Positions 36,100-49,999 of a stretch of 64,000 nucleotides of DNA are shown one piece after another; the first letter of the stretch is position 1, and every line of letters starts with the position of its first letter. The notes below the pieces were generated by a model. It searched no databases. It was not told the origin of the DNA and saw only the letters and a list, made by a program, of their open reading frames with translations. The stretch covers positions 201,128,001 to 201,192,000 of the forward strand of contig OX597814.1 in assembly GCA_951406725.2 (NCBI GenBank), in the 5' to 3' direction. The translations under genes were made by a program, and so were the position numbers. This stretch comes from Octopus vulgaris. Lineage: Eukaryota.

Positions 36100-37649
36100 G
36101 GTTCCCTGTGTAGTTTCATGTGTTCATAAACCGCAGAGAAGTGCTGCGATGTTTTAGACAAAGCTCTTCGAGGGCAAAAACATATGTTTTCCTTGTTCCT
36201 TAGGCCAATGATATAATTGCATTGCCATACACTAACGGTGAATAAATCTTTTCTCATTTTCCATGGTAGAACGCTAGAAATTAGTTTTTTTAACGTCACG
36301 TGAACTTCAAAGACTCTACATGTGTCGAAACAACTCTTGCCAACTCAGAACACCGTTTATTTCGCTGCATTCTGTCTAAGTTTTTATTTATGACCCCCTC
36401 AAAACCGATGACGTTGCTGACACGTGTTGCTGGCTTAGTTCGGATGCACCCGACGAGATGAACATGAATGGAAATCCACAGTCAGGTCAAAAATGCAATT
36501 CTTAAGTTGGAAATATTCCTAACGAAGCAGTTGGTATACAGGCGTGACACCATTCCAAACTGAAACAAAAGAAACTCACATAGGCGGAGTTGGCATTGCT
36601 AAAAACATCTCAAGATATTAATAACGTTATTTATAACAGATATGCGCAGTTACCTCCCCTGACGGCTGATGCCTAATTAGCTGGACAATAGAGGGCATTA
36701 CGCAACATTAAGGTCCAGAGACTCATCTCTTCCTCTTTCTGTATCGAGACGCGTGATAGTGAAGATGTAACCTACCTGGCTCTCTTATAAAACACACCAG
36801 TTAGCAACACACAGGAGAAGACCATGACCTCCACGCATCAAACGATTTTCATTTATCATTCAGATTGTGTATATACGCGTGGCCTCATTAAAGTTATCTA
36901 AAGTAATCATCTTGTTCCATGTATTTCTTTATACCGTGTTCCTGTCAAATGATATTAAAGCCTTCTGAGTAGAGTCACATTAGATGGCTACACAACCTAT
37001 CCATCTAAAACATTTATAACATATATGCAAACATAGAGTTGTGTTAGCTTTAATATGTTGACTCAGAGAAACTTTTCAAAATGATTTGTGTTGAAAAATA
37101 TACAGCTCATCTAGAATGTCGTTGGCAAATCTCAAACACCGGCGTTTCGACTTGATTTTGTTTCCTCAAAGACGAGCACCTCTGAACATCCTGAGCTAAG
37201 TTGAAAAAATATTTATTTCGATATAGAAATTAGTAAACAAAACATTGAGTTATTTGTGCGAAAGTTAGTTCAGCTAAAATTGAGGCCTTACACGCATGTG
37301 AAACAGCATTAGTTTGAAATAACTGTGTGTATAACATGTTTATCATACATATACAAATATAGGAGGATATTGATTGCCTTACCATATCATTCCCATAATA
37401 AATCAAAGATGCCATGTGTGAAACACCTACAGACTGATTTCTCACTCATCTGACTATGTGTGAAAGATCTTTAGAATATATCTACTCACGAGTACTCAGC
37501 CAAAGCAACAAAAACAAAAACAAAAGCAATAACAAAGCCTCTATGTGCAAGATGGAACAGCTTGGAACAGCGAGAAAATCTCTCTCATTTTACGTCCAAC
37601 TACTATAAACCGAGGAATGCGCTTGATAACGTATTCCTAAATATATATT

Positions 37650-37882
37650 TATTTCTTTACTACCCACAAGGGACTAAACACAGAGGGGACAAACAAGGAC
37701 AGACAAATGGATTAAGTCGATTACATCGACCCCAGTGCGTAACTGGTACTTATTTTAATCGACCCCGAAAGGATGAAAGGCAAAGTCAGCCTCGGCGGAA
37801 TTTGAACTCAGAACGTAACGGCAGATGAAATATGGCTACGCATTTCGCCCGGCGTGCTAACGTTTCTGCCAGCTCGCCGCCT
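37650..37882 (-). mobile_element. SINE family B (Meta domain), full length
   Basis: Reverse complement of 50222-50450. Confidence 0.92.
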
Positions 37883-39169
37883 TGTATTCCAAAATATGCT
37901 CTCTGCAAAGAATGATGTGCGATGGTTACAGCAGAAAAGATCTTTGGTCCTAAGTTTCCTAGAGAGAACAGCTAGGTTAAATAACAACAAAACACAACGA
38001 TAACAACAACGACAACACATTTTCAGCTTAGACATTATTAATTATCCTTCAACACTGCATCAACTTTACTATACATCAATTGTGTATAGATTGTATAGAT
38101 TGTGTCATTGATTTTTCCCCTTAATAAGTGGTTTCCTTCTCTGTATTATCAGCCATATTGACTTCACACTAAAAGAAAAGAAAATATACAGTATTTAGAC
38201 TTTCTTCAAGGATATTATGGATGTACGCAAATGAAGCAATTCCAATTGGGCGTTGAACTTGGCTTGTTAAAATTTATGGCCTTTCACATTAGAATTACGA
38301 AAACTTTATATAACTTTCTCTCTTTCTCTCTCCTTCTCCGCTTCTAAATCTCTCTTTGTATAGATTTATATATATATTTGTCCTGCGATGATTGGACAAC
38401 TAACTTTAAACCTATTATATAATCGCCTTTATTTTTCAGTGTACAAAGAGAATAATAAAATTTTGTTACACCCGTTTAAAGTTCCACTATGAAAAACTTT
38501 GAAACTGTAGATTAACCGCTTTGAATTTATCATAGGTTTTCTAATACGTGTTGTACTATGCATAAATAGTTATTAACTATTCAATCCTGCTGCCCATTAA
38601 TACCTGATATGTAAATTAATGTAGCCATTAGTGTAGCTAAGTTGTAGTTCGTGTTTGAATTAGAAATAGCTATTTATTATAAGTTTCCTTCGTGGGCAGA
38701 AGAATGAGGAGGTTCTTGTCCGCTGATGATCGGACAACAAAACATGGCAATCTTCGTTATTTTTCTATGTGATGTGTGTGTGTATGTGAATGTGTGTGTG
38801 CGCTCACGTGTGTACACATGTACTATGCTAATCATGAGACAAAGGAATCGTTTACGAAATTCTCTTGCTTATATACGCTGTTAGTATCATAAATTCCAAA
38901 ATACTACCAAACATTTGTCCAATCTTATAACAGAAACCAAATCGGAATATTTTTTCATATACTGTCCATTCATACACTGTCCATTTCACACAAAATGTCC
39001 AATAAATTCTGAAGTCAAAATTTTCAAATTTGGTTTGAAAACATAACAAATGGATATGCATTAATACGCAGCCCACCTTTTCCATTACGAGGGATTCAAT
39101 GCCCCATTATTATATTATTTTCTGTAGCAAATATGTATTCTTCACAAACGTTAAAAATACTTTCCAGCA

Positions 39170-39352
39170 ACAGGAATGGCTGTGTGATAAGTAGCTTGCT
39201 TACCAACCACATGGTTCCGGGTTCAGTCCCACTGCGTGGCACCTTGGGCAAGTGTCTTCTACTATAACCTCGGGCCGACCAAAGCCTTGTGAATGGATTT
39301 GGTAGGCGGAAACTGAAAGAAGCCCGTCGTATATATGTGTGTATATATATAT

Positions 39353-39400
<48 letters not shown>

Positions 39401-39512
39401 ATGTTTGTGTATCTGTGCTTGTCCCTCAACATCGCTTGACAACCGATGCTGGTGTGTTTACGTCCCCGTTACTTATCGGTTCGGCAAAAGAGACCGATAG
39501 AATAAGTACTAG
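39170..39512 (+). mobile_element. SINE family A, 3'-truncated
   Basis: A/B boxes, internal (TG)n, ends at GAATAAGTACTAG. Confidence 0.9.
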
Positions 39513-39807
39513 TGCAAATGGTACACCTTTTCCCACGGTTCAGTCATTATAAAGTCGGTCGTTGCAGGAAGGTCAGTTGTAGTAGAGTGGTTGTACGAGA
39601 TTCTCACTTGGAGTTAGAGTCAGTTACGTGATATATACGAGTTCGAGTTACCATCAAGGTAGGCGCTTCAAAGTAATTGTCTTGCGGAGCTATCAGCAAT
39701 ATCACGGTCGACGCGTCAAAGATAATAAGACGCAGAATAGTGGCGACAAGAATATTACAGTGCCGACAATATACAAGAAGACGAGAATCCACCTTATAAC
39801 GTATATG

Positions 39808-39876
<69 letters not shown>

Positions 39877-39967
39877 AGAAATTAAATATAAAATATAAAT
39901 TACAAAGTGGGACAAGAACGCAAAAACACACAAAGAGACGACACAAGAAAACAGACGGGTCACTCGA

Positions 39968-40034
39968 AGCCTCTAATCTTCAGTCGGGAACCGGATCATC
40001 TTAGTAATTTCGGCTGTTTAATCTCGATATTACT
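39968..40034 (-). ncRNA. Candidate permuted hammerhead ribozyme, copy 3
   Basis: Minus strand AGTAA-TA-TCGAGA / AGCC-GAAA-TTACT / TCCCGA-CTGAAGA-ttaga-GGCT. Confidence 0.55.
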
Positions 40035-40104
40035 CCGAACCGGCCAGCCCCAAGAACTAAGCCATAGGCATTAGATTTTTTAGAAAGAGGACGAATGTAT
40101 ACGA

Positions 40105-40143
<39 letters not shown>

Positions 40144-40441
40144 TAAAAACGGTAAGATAACAAAAGAAAGAAAGAGACCTCAATATTATGTAAATAGAGG
40201 AAATTTATTTGTAAAATAATATGTGACAATTATTCAATAGCCAAGATAAAGCTTGGAGTTTCGGATGCCGAGGTGGAAATCCACAACACCATCTCTTTAT
40301 ATATATATATATATGTATGTATGTAAATGTATGTATGTATGTATGTGTGTATGTATGTATGTATGTATGTGTGTATGTATGTATGTATGTATGTATGTAT
40401 GTATGTATGTATGTATGCATGCATGCATGCATGTATGTATG

Positions 40442-40483
<42 letters not shown>

Positions 40484-41435
40484 GTGTATTTATATGCATA
40501 TATACATATATTAATACATGTTTGTGTGTGTCTGTGCATGTGTATGTATGTAAATGCAAAATCAAAAGGAGACTCATGTGCCTGCTACAAACTTTGATGC
40601 TGAACTGATCGATACCTTTGTAAATAAGTAACGAAACAATTTAAAACAAATACAACCATAAAATACCACACACACACGTCTTTCTCTCTCTCTATATGAA
40701 TTGTCTGTCTTCTGCGTTATTGTTGGGTTAGCTTCCTCTCAGATATGTAAGTTATATGAAATGTCATTGAAGCGATGAAAAGTCTGTCCAGGTTTTAGTG
40801 TAGTTTTATTGTTAGTTATACTCTCTAAACTATCTTCAGTAATCTCGTAAAGATCGTGCTTTAAGAAAAAAAAGAACTGTAGGAACACATCTGAATTTCT
40901 CCAAATTCTGTCCGTTAATACGTTCGTCGAAGTATGTAAACTATTCTTAAAGTTCAGCATTTGACATTTTATTGTTGCATGTATATCGTCGACAAAGGAA
41001 CTTGCCTTTATGTCAGCAGCAAGAAATTATTCTATTGAACGCATGAAAAGGTAGAATGTTAAGGTTCGATGCAAATATATGTATACCTATTATACGTACT
41101 GGCGCTTCATTGGTGAAGTAACACAGGATGTATTCTTCCTCCTCCTCCTCCTCGTCATCATCACCATTATCATCAGTTGCAGCGGCATAGTTACCATTTT
41201 TGACACCGTTACAAGTTTTCCTCTCAATCAACTGTAATTTCATTTACAACATGAGGTTTTCTTCTCTTGCGGCTCTCAAAGACAAAACATCCCTTCACTT
41301 CCTACGTCCGCTTTGTCTATCCTCTCCGATGGTAATTCTGATTATCATCGAATGGTATTTAACGTACTCCCTCGTGGAAGGCTGAGTATCTTTTGATTCT
41401 TCACAAAAACATATGAATGTGTATGTATTATGTAC

Positions 41436-41968
<533 letters not shown>

Positions 41969-43005
41969 ACATAGCCTTAACTGCCATCTTGTGTCTTCTG
42001 GATACCGATACCTCCCATATCATTGTTTCTTTGCTAATACAAGCACTTATTACTGGTAACGCTTAAATAATGGATAAACAATTCCTTGGCATCTCTCTTC
42101 ACAAAAAAATTTCCTCTAAGACTACCTTTCCCCTTATAAATGTCCTATAAATCTCACACAGCCTTGGTTTTGTTGTGTCATTATATTTAACATAAACATG
42201 TTCACACAAGGCCGGCATTAGACTCCTCACTCGTATTATTATCGAACCGACAGTCTAACTCACTGTCCTCCTATAGCACTTACATAGCCTTACTAGCCAT
42301 CTTGGGTCTTCTGGAATACCAATACCTCTCATATATATATATAACCTCTTAGTTATAATTGTAACTTGTTCATAATTACAAACGTTTTTCTTCTTTATAT
42401 TTTATGATAACATGTTTGGCCATTGATATATTCATAAATAATCTTATTTATACAATATCCTTCGTAATGTTTTTGCTTTCTACTTGTTTCTATTTTCCCA
42501 ACTCATATCTGGTGATTACCGGTCTTTTTACATAAACGTTGTGCATGGCATTTGAATTCAAAGCTTGATTATGCAGATAGAAGTGAAAACATTTCTATTG
42601 CTGGTCGGGATTCATGTTAGTCCCAAGATAAAGTATGGTTTTGATTTCTATCTATAGGAATATTTCCCCTGACGAGGCGAACGGGTCCCTTAAGTGGTCC
42701 CTAACGCCGAAATTGCAATAGGAAATCAACCAGTTATTTTCGAGTTGTGGATTCTATTTGCCATGTCACTCGAAGACAGTTTTTATCGTGAAGAGAAATG
42801 ATATGAGTGATATAATAGCCTTATAAGCGGTTTTAGCTGGCATTTTTAACATGTAAGTTTTTTTTTTAACCCTCTTAGTTATAATTATGAGTTGTTCATA
42901 ATTATAAACGTTTTTCTTCTTCATATTTTATGATAACATGTTTGATCATTATTATATTCATAAATCATCTTAAGTACTTATAATATATCCTTCGTAATGT
43001 TTTTA
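41969..43005 (+). mobile_element. Penelope-like pLTR-type region with direct repeats and a hammerhead
   Basis: Direct repeats 41969-42020/42282-42332 and 42343-42475/42868-43005; HHR at 42662; weak HKKxFL-like ORF end near 42100. Confidence 0.55.
42662..42726 (+). ncRNA. Type I hammerhead ribozyme with canonical core
   Basis: ATTTCC-C-CTGACGA-GGCG(25 nt)CGCC-GAAA-TTGCAA-TA-GGAAAT; palindromic stem III. Confidence 0.75.
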
Positions 43006-43014
43006 CATTACTCT

Positions 43015-43316
43015 CTGAAGTTCCAGTTGATCCGATCAACGGAAGGGTTTGCTGGTGAGATTAACGTGCAAGTGGCTGAGCACTTCACAGTCACGTGTAC
43101 CTTTAACGTAGTCTCAGGGACATTCAGAGTGACACAGAAGGTGACAAGACTGGCCCCTTTGAAATACAGGTACTTACTCCTTTTTGCCAGCTGAGTGGAT
43201 TGGAGCAGCGTGAAATAAAGGGTCTTGCTCAAGGACACCACGCGCCTCCGGGAATCGAACTTGCGACCCTACAATCACGGGCTGAATACTCTAACCACTA
43301 AGCTACGCACCTTCAC
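43015..43316 (-). mobile_element. SINE family C variant
   Basis: Minus strand GTGAAGGTGCGTAGCTTAGTGGTTAGAG..GTTCGATTCCCGG..TGTCCTTGAGCAAGACC; 3' part shared with 20046-20230. Confidence 0.85.
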
Positions 43317-43988
43317 ACACACACACACACGCACACATGTATGTATATATAGATTAGTTATAGTATATACTATAGTCTAGGCACATCAACAGGTAGGCCT
43401 CCAGAAATTGCCAGGGTGCAATAACAGAAGGTTCACAGAGAGGCAGAACAACCACGAAGGTATCATGTTTTGGTAGGGCATTTAAGTATCAAACCCGATT
43501 TAAACCCAAGAGCTGACTCAGGGCTCGTTCTAGGTGCGGCGAAAGTGTAAAAATGACGCGGTTTGAAATTTACTGGCGAAATTCAGTTGCGATTAAAATG
43601 CTTCTTGTGGAAACATGGTTGACATTGGCAAACATGAAACTGTAGGGTTAATACGACTAGTCCTTAAAAGGTCTATAGTTGAAAGACGAAGAATAGTGAA
43701 AACTGGCCTTTTTATAGCATTAAAATGGCTCAAAGGGGCAGGCCTTATCCAAAGGCCGTGATTGGTTGGCTTTACACTCTGGTGCGAAATAAGAAGGGAG
43801 ACAAACCGCGCTAGATACCAACCAATCAGATCAGTGGACACAACAGGGTCGAAATAGCCAAAGATGGATGTAATCTCAAATGAGGTCATTCTTGTTGTGT
43901 TTCTCAAACAGTGAGGATATCAGATATGCTACAAAACCTTGGGTTCTAAAATGTTAACACAAATATGAAAACAACAGTGATTCCCTTA

Positions 43989-44063
<75 letters not shown>

Positions 44064-44499
44064 GTATGGGTATGTGTATGTGTCTTTATGTATAAATACG
44101 TGTGTTCCTACTTCATTATTTTATATTTATTGAAGTTGATAGAACTTAAACCTTTTCCTATTTTATCCTAATTTTCTCATTATTGATTCGATAACAAATG
44201 ATTATTTATGATGACTATCGCTGCTGCCGATGCTGCCCACGCTGCTGATGTTAATCACAATCGCACAGGACACAGTCTTTCTACCAATCAATTCCAGTTC
44301 TACTGATACAAACTACAAAAGTAGATCTAATAATAATCGCTGAAAAACTTAATTTTAACCAAATTAGTTTATTTCCTCGAAACGTGAAAAAAAAAAAGGA
44401 AACACATAAACTAGCAAATGAATGGAAATCAATTGGATTTATCTTTTATTAGTCGGCTTAATTAAAAAATTCGGACAGTTTTATATAACTAGGCAAAGT

Positions 44500-44700
44500 A
44501 ATTGGGGTAGGATTTGGCAGAAGTCTTCAGGTGAATCGAACAAACACAAAACACAGATAAATACACAACATTAGTATGCTTCATCATTATCTTCATTACA
44601 TCAAGCCTTCCAAGACCACCACTACGCCAACTTCTATAAACATTGTTAGCACCATGCGGACAATGAATCCACTCTTTGGTCTTCTTTAGTTTTTTGCTCT
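44500..44700 (-). mobile_element. Possible RLE-type LINE RT/thumb fragment
   Basis: VYRSWRSGGLGRLDV resembles the LY..R..GGLG..D motif. Confidence 0.35.
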
Positions 44701-44873
44701 CAGACTTTGACGTCATTGATTTTTCTACGCGTTTCTATGCTGAAGCTCAATTAAGAAGCCAAGTTCTTTCTCCACTCAGCATCTCACTAATAAACCTTCT
44801 CTATCCTCTGTGCAATGTACATGTCTATGTACAGATGAATGTATACACAATATACACAATATACATCATATAC

Positions 44874-44914
<41 letters not shown>

Positions 44915-45111
44915 ATTATAATAATAATATTAGGGAGTAAATCCAAACTTACAGGGAAAAATTAGATTTCGGATTAAATCTAATTTTACAGTATAAATAT
45001 AAATTAAATTGATTTGCCTAATAGTGGTTTTATCTCTAATTTAATTTATATATATATGTATTATATATTGGGTATATATATATATACATATATATATTAT
45101 ATACATTATCA

Positions 45112-45326
45112 TAGGCGCCGGAGTAGCTGTGTGGTAAGTAGCTGAATGGGACGCCGGTCCATCGCAGATGAGCTGGAAGATGCTGGAGGAAAGAGTGAGA
45201 GAAAGTTGTGGCGAAAGAGTCAGCAGAAGATCGCGTGGAGCTTAGGTGTTTCGCCCGGTCTGAGATTGGAACCCGCGATCCCTCGACCGCGAGTCCACTG
45301 CTCTAACCACTAGGCCATGTGCCTCC
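45112..45326. mobile_element. SINE A head (+) fused to a SINE C-type copy (-)
   Basis: AGGCGCCGGAGTAGCTGTGTGGTAAGTAGC, then reverse-strand GGAGGCACATGGCCTAGTGGTTAGAGCAGTGGACTCGCGG. Confidence 0.7.
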
Positions 45327-45329
45327 GAG

Positions 45330-45765
<436 letters not shown>

Positions 45766-46053
45766 GAGTTGATCTCTAACACTAATGGAAATTTTAGGGA
45801 CACTTATTTCTTTAATATTGTTGTTTTGATTTTTTTTCTTTTTTTTTGCTCTAATAAGACACATTCCAGATTTTCAGGAAATGGAGTTAAATAAGCATCT
45901 GACCAGCAACCAATATTGAACTGGTAATTAGTTTTATCAATGATCGATGGATGGTTTGTGATTTCATTGCCATTTAACGCAGAAGTAGGACAAAGCATTT
46001 GGTCTCCCGCTCGACCATTTCTGGCAAGTTGGTAACCTTTATAATAATACAGA

Positions 46054-46110
<57 letters not shown>

Positions 46111-46175
46111 ACACACACACACACACACAGATACACACACAGACACACACACACATGATACATATACATACACAG

Positions 46176-46338
46176 AGGTGCAGACGTGGCTGAGCGGAAA
46201 GAAGTTTGCTTCTCAACTACATTGTTCTGGGTTCAGTCCTAGGGCATGGCACCTTGGGCAAGTGTCTTCTGCTATAGCCTCGGACTAAACAAATCCTTGT
46301 GAGTGGATTTGGTAGATGGAAACTGAAAGAAGCTCGCC

Positions 46339-46371
<33 letters not shown>

Positions 46372-46612
46372 TGTATGTATGTATGTATGTATGTATGCGT
46401 GTGTGTTTATGTGTGTTTTTCTGTCTGTTTCTCCCTCACCACCGCTTGATAACCGGTGTTGGTGTATTTACATCCACATAACTTAGCGGCTCGGCAAAAG
46501 TAACCAGTAAAAACAAATTTTGAGACCGATTCGTTCAACTAAAATCCTTCAAGGTGGAGCTCCAGCATGGCCGCAGTCTAATGACTGAAACAAATAAACG
46601 ATAAAAGATAGA
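46176..46612 (+). mobile_element. SINE family A, diverged full length
   Basis: Head, body and tail align with 17848-18262. Confidence 0.85.
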
Positions 46613-46614
46613 AG

Positions 46615-46660
<46 letters not shown>

Positions 46661-47034
46661 TCATACACACACACTCACACATATAGATGAGGGAGAGAGA
46701 AAGGGAGAGAGATAGTTATATGTTAAATGAAGGGGCGTGGTGAAGTGGTTAGAGTGTTATAGGCACATGATGATAATGTCAGAAGTTCGATTCCTGAACC
46801 GGGTGGCAGTTTGTGTCATTGAGCAAGATATTTCATCTCTACATAGCAGAAAATATATACTCACTCATTGTTGGCGCAGCCGTCTCCCCTTCCAGCTGGC
46901 GCATTCTCTTTGCTAGACGAAGCTTAAACGACCCAAGAAAGTATTTACTTACCAATGTCGAATTCTTACTTGCGAATGTCAGCTAAGCTTATACACTTCA
47001 GACCTGTCATGTGAACACATGCCATTTTTTAGTA

Positions 47035-47257
47035 TACTCTTACTCTTTTACTTGTTTCAGTCATTTGACTGCGGCCATGCTGGAGCACCGCCTTTAATCG
47101 AGCAACTCGACCCCAGGACTTATTCTTTTGTAAGCCCAGTACTTATTCTATCGGTCTCTTTTGCCGAACCGCTAAGTAACGGGGACATAAACACACCAGC
47201 ATCGGTTGTCAAGCAATGCTAGGGGGACAAACACAGACACACAAACATATACACACA

Positions 47258-47295
<38 letters not shown>

Positions 47296-47461
47296 CACGA
47301 CAGATTTCTTTCAGTTTCCGTCTACCAAATCCACTCACAAGGCATTGGTCAGCCCGGGGTTATAGCAGAAGACACTTGCCCAAGATGCCACGCAGTGGGA
47401 CTGAACCCGGAACCATGTGGTTGGTTAGCAAGCTACTTACCACACAGCCACTCCTGCGCCT
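47035..47461 (-). mobile_element. SINE family A, full length
   Basis: Minus strand AGGCGCAGGAGTGGCTGTGTGGTAAGTAGC..GGTTCAGTCCC..GACTGAAACAAGTAAAAGAGTAAAGAG. Confidence 0.93.
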
Positions 47462-47964
47462 ACCTTTTCTCCTTAACTTGTCTCTTATATCGTTTCTCGA
47501 TTTTTGTTTTTTCCTCTTTGATAAAAAGCATCACTGGAAACATCAGTGTCCTTCCTGTTTCTTCGTTTGAGGTAATAATCTTTTATGTACACTTCTTTGT
47601 TATTTTTTCCTTTACATTTCTACGCTTTTCAAGTATGTACTTTCGCTTTTCTGATTCATATTCATGTAAAAAGTGGGGCGATAATGGGAGGGGGGAAGGC
47701 AATTCATGTAAAAACAACAAAATAATGGGTTCATTAGGTTATGTTTTATTTGTGACATACAGTTGCTTTGAATTTGCTTTAGAAAGAGGTCTAAGCTTGT
47801 GATGGTTACTTTGGGTGGGGACACTAGGAATGTGGCCTGGGTTCCCGAAAAAGTTTGGGAACCACTGGTTAATAATAAAATTTTGCATCAACTGTTATCA
47901 AATAAGGTGACGGTTGTTCAGAAATAGCCCTGTGCAGCCCTTAACCAGCAGTGTCACTGATATA

Positions 47965-48330
47965 ACGTGGCGCTTCATCGGTTGCGACGACGAGTGTTCT
48001 AGTTGATCCGATTAACGGAACAGCCTCCTCGTAAAATTAACGTGCAAGTGGCTGAGCACTCTACAGATACGTGTACCCTTAACGTTGTTCTCAGAGAGAT
48101 TTAGCGTGACACAGAGTGTGACAAGGCTGGCCTTTTGAAATATAGGTACAACAGAAGCAGGAAGAAAGATCGAGAGAAAGTTTTGGTGAAAGAGTACAGC
48201 AGGGTTCGCCACCACCCAATGCTGGAGCCTCGTGGAACTTTAGGTGTTTTTGCTCAATAAACACTCACAACGCCCAGTCTGGGAATCGAAACAGCAATCC
48301 TACGACGGCGAGTTCGCTGCCCTAACCATC
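47965..48330 (-). mobile_element. SINE family C
   Basis: Homologous to 20046-20413. Confidence 0.9.
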
Positions 48331-48959
48331 GTACTATATCAGCGACGGAGGCGCTGATATAGTACGATAACGGCACGATGATAGGAGTATGAGAAAAAAT
48401 AAGGAGTGAATTAATATTTCCCGAGTACGTATTCCATTTGTCATTCACCTTTACATTCCTCTCACAACTATTTCCTCTCACCTCTTAATAACTAATTTTT
48501 AATTCACCTGCAACATTCATCCATTCACTCCTCATCTCTTCCTACGTCTCTCTCTCTCTCTTTCCCTCCCTCTCTCTTTCTATTCAATCTCTTATTTATT
48601 ATATGATTCTTTATCTCTTTCATCTCCGCCGCCGCCGCCAATAAGCGCTATATTTTCCTAATGAGAAGTCGTATGTATTCATAGAAAATATATTAACTGA
48701 AACAGATTTTTCATCATAATCCTTTTCCTGCAGTGTCATAATATAATCTCATTATAATTTGTTTTCGAATCGAATAATACACACTCAAAAACCGAGATTT
48801 AGTCAGATGGAATCAGAACCAAGTTTGTATGTCACTTTTTAAGTCATGCTAAAACCCTTCTCCGTAGGTTCTACAGAGCAGCACGGTGAGAATAACTACA
48901 GCATACAACACAGCACAATTTGTGTTACCCTGCGAATTTTATTATCATTTCAGAGATTA

Positions 48960-49815
48960 AGGCGGCGGGCTGGCACGTTAGCACGCCGGCCGAAATGCGT
49001 GACAGTATTTCGTCTGTCTTTACGTTCTGAGTTCAAATTCCGCCGAGGTTGACTTTGCCTTTCATCCTTTCGGGGTCGATTAAATAAGTACCAGTTACGA
49101 ACTGAGGTCGATGTAATTGACTTAATCCGTTTGTCTCTCCTTGTTTGTCCCCTCTGTGTGTAGCCCCTTGTGGGCAGTAAAGAAATAGGTATTTCGTCTG
49201 TCTTTACGCACTTAGTTCAAATTCTACCGAAGTCGACTTTGCCTTTCATCCTTTCGGGGTCGATACATTAAGTACCAGTTGCATAGTGGAGTTGATCCAA
49301 TCGACTGGCCCCCTCCCCCCAAATTTCGGGCCTTGTGCCTAGAGTAGAAAAGAATATTTTCGTAACTCCTAGGCGGTGAGCTGGCAGAACCGTTAGCACG
49401 CCGGCCGAAATGCTTAGTGGTATTCCGTCTGTCTTTACGTACCTAGTTCAAATTCCGCCGAAGTCGACTTTGCCTTTCATTCTTTCGGGGTTGATAAATT
49501 AAGTACCAGTCACGTACTGGAGTCCATCTAATCGACCAGCCCCTTCCCCCAAAATTTCGGGCATTGTGCCTAGAGTAGAAAAGATTATTATTTCAGAGAT
49601 GTGAGGCAGCGAGCGGCTGGTATAGTCAGCATGCCAGACAAAATACTTAGCAGCATTTTGTTTGACTTCCCATTCTGAGTTCAAATCCCGCCGTGGTGCT
49701 TTTTATCTTTCATCCTTTCGGTGTTTATAAAATAAGTACCAGTTTATCACTGGGGTCCATGTAATCGACTTACCGCTTCCCCTGAAATTGCTGGTCTTGT
49801 GTCAAGTTTTGAAAC
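48960..49815 (+). mobile_element. Tandem array of four SINE B (Meta) units
   Basis: CTTTCATCCTTTCGGGGTCGAT..AAGTACCAG core recurs at ~49055, 49240, 49475 and 49710. Confidence 0.9.
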
Positions 49816-49999
49816 CGTCACTTCAGAGTATAGGCATTTTTTGTATCATAGCTTCAAGGGAGAGAAATAATCTAAAGAAGCATGTGACCCCTAACTGCAA
49901 ACCAAACACCTGGAACTTCTAAGGAATTTAGGGTTTGTCGCTTCAATGACGAATGAAGCAGTTTTGTACGTCAGCACCGTTAAGGACAAACTCACTTGC

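Noticed and set aside
38712-38745. CTGATGA motif
   Set aside because: It lies in the loop of a simple TTGTCCG/CGGACAA hairpin with no properly placed GAAA or stems; not a hammerhead.
40228-40298. Truncated HHR-like fragment on the minus strand (AAAGA-GATG..CATCC-GAAA-CTC)
   Set aside because: The 5' core is replaced by a TA tract and the stems are ambiguous.
47845-47868. hAT-type terminus AAAGTTTGGGAACCACTG
   Set aside because: Only one end was found, with no partner TIR or TSD identified.
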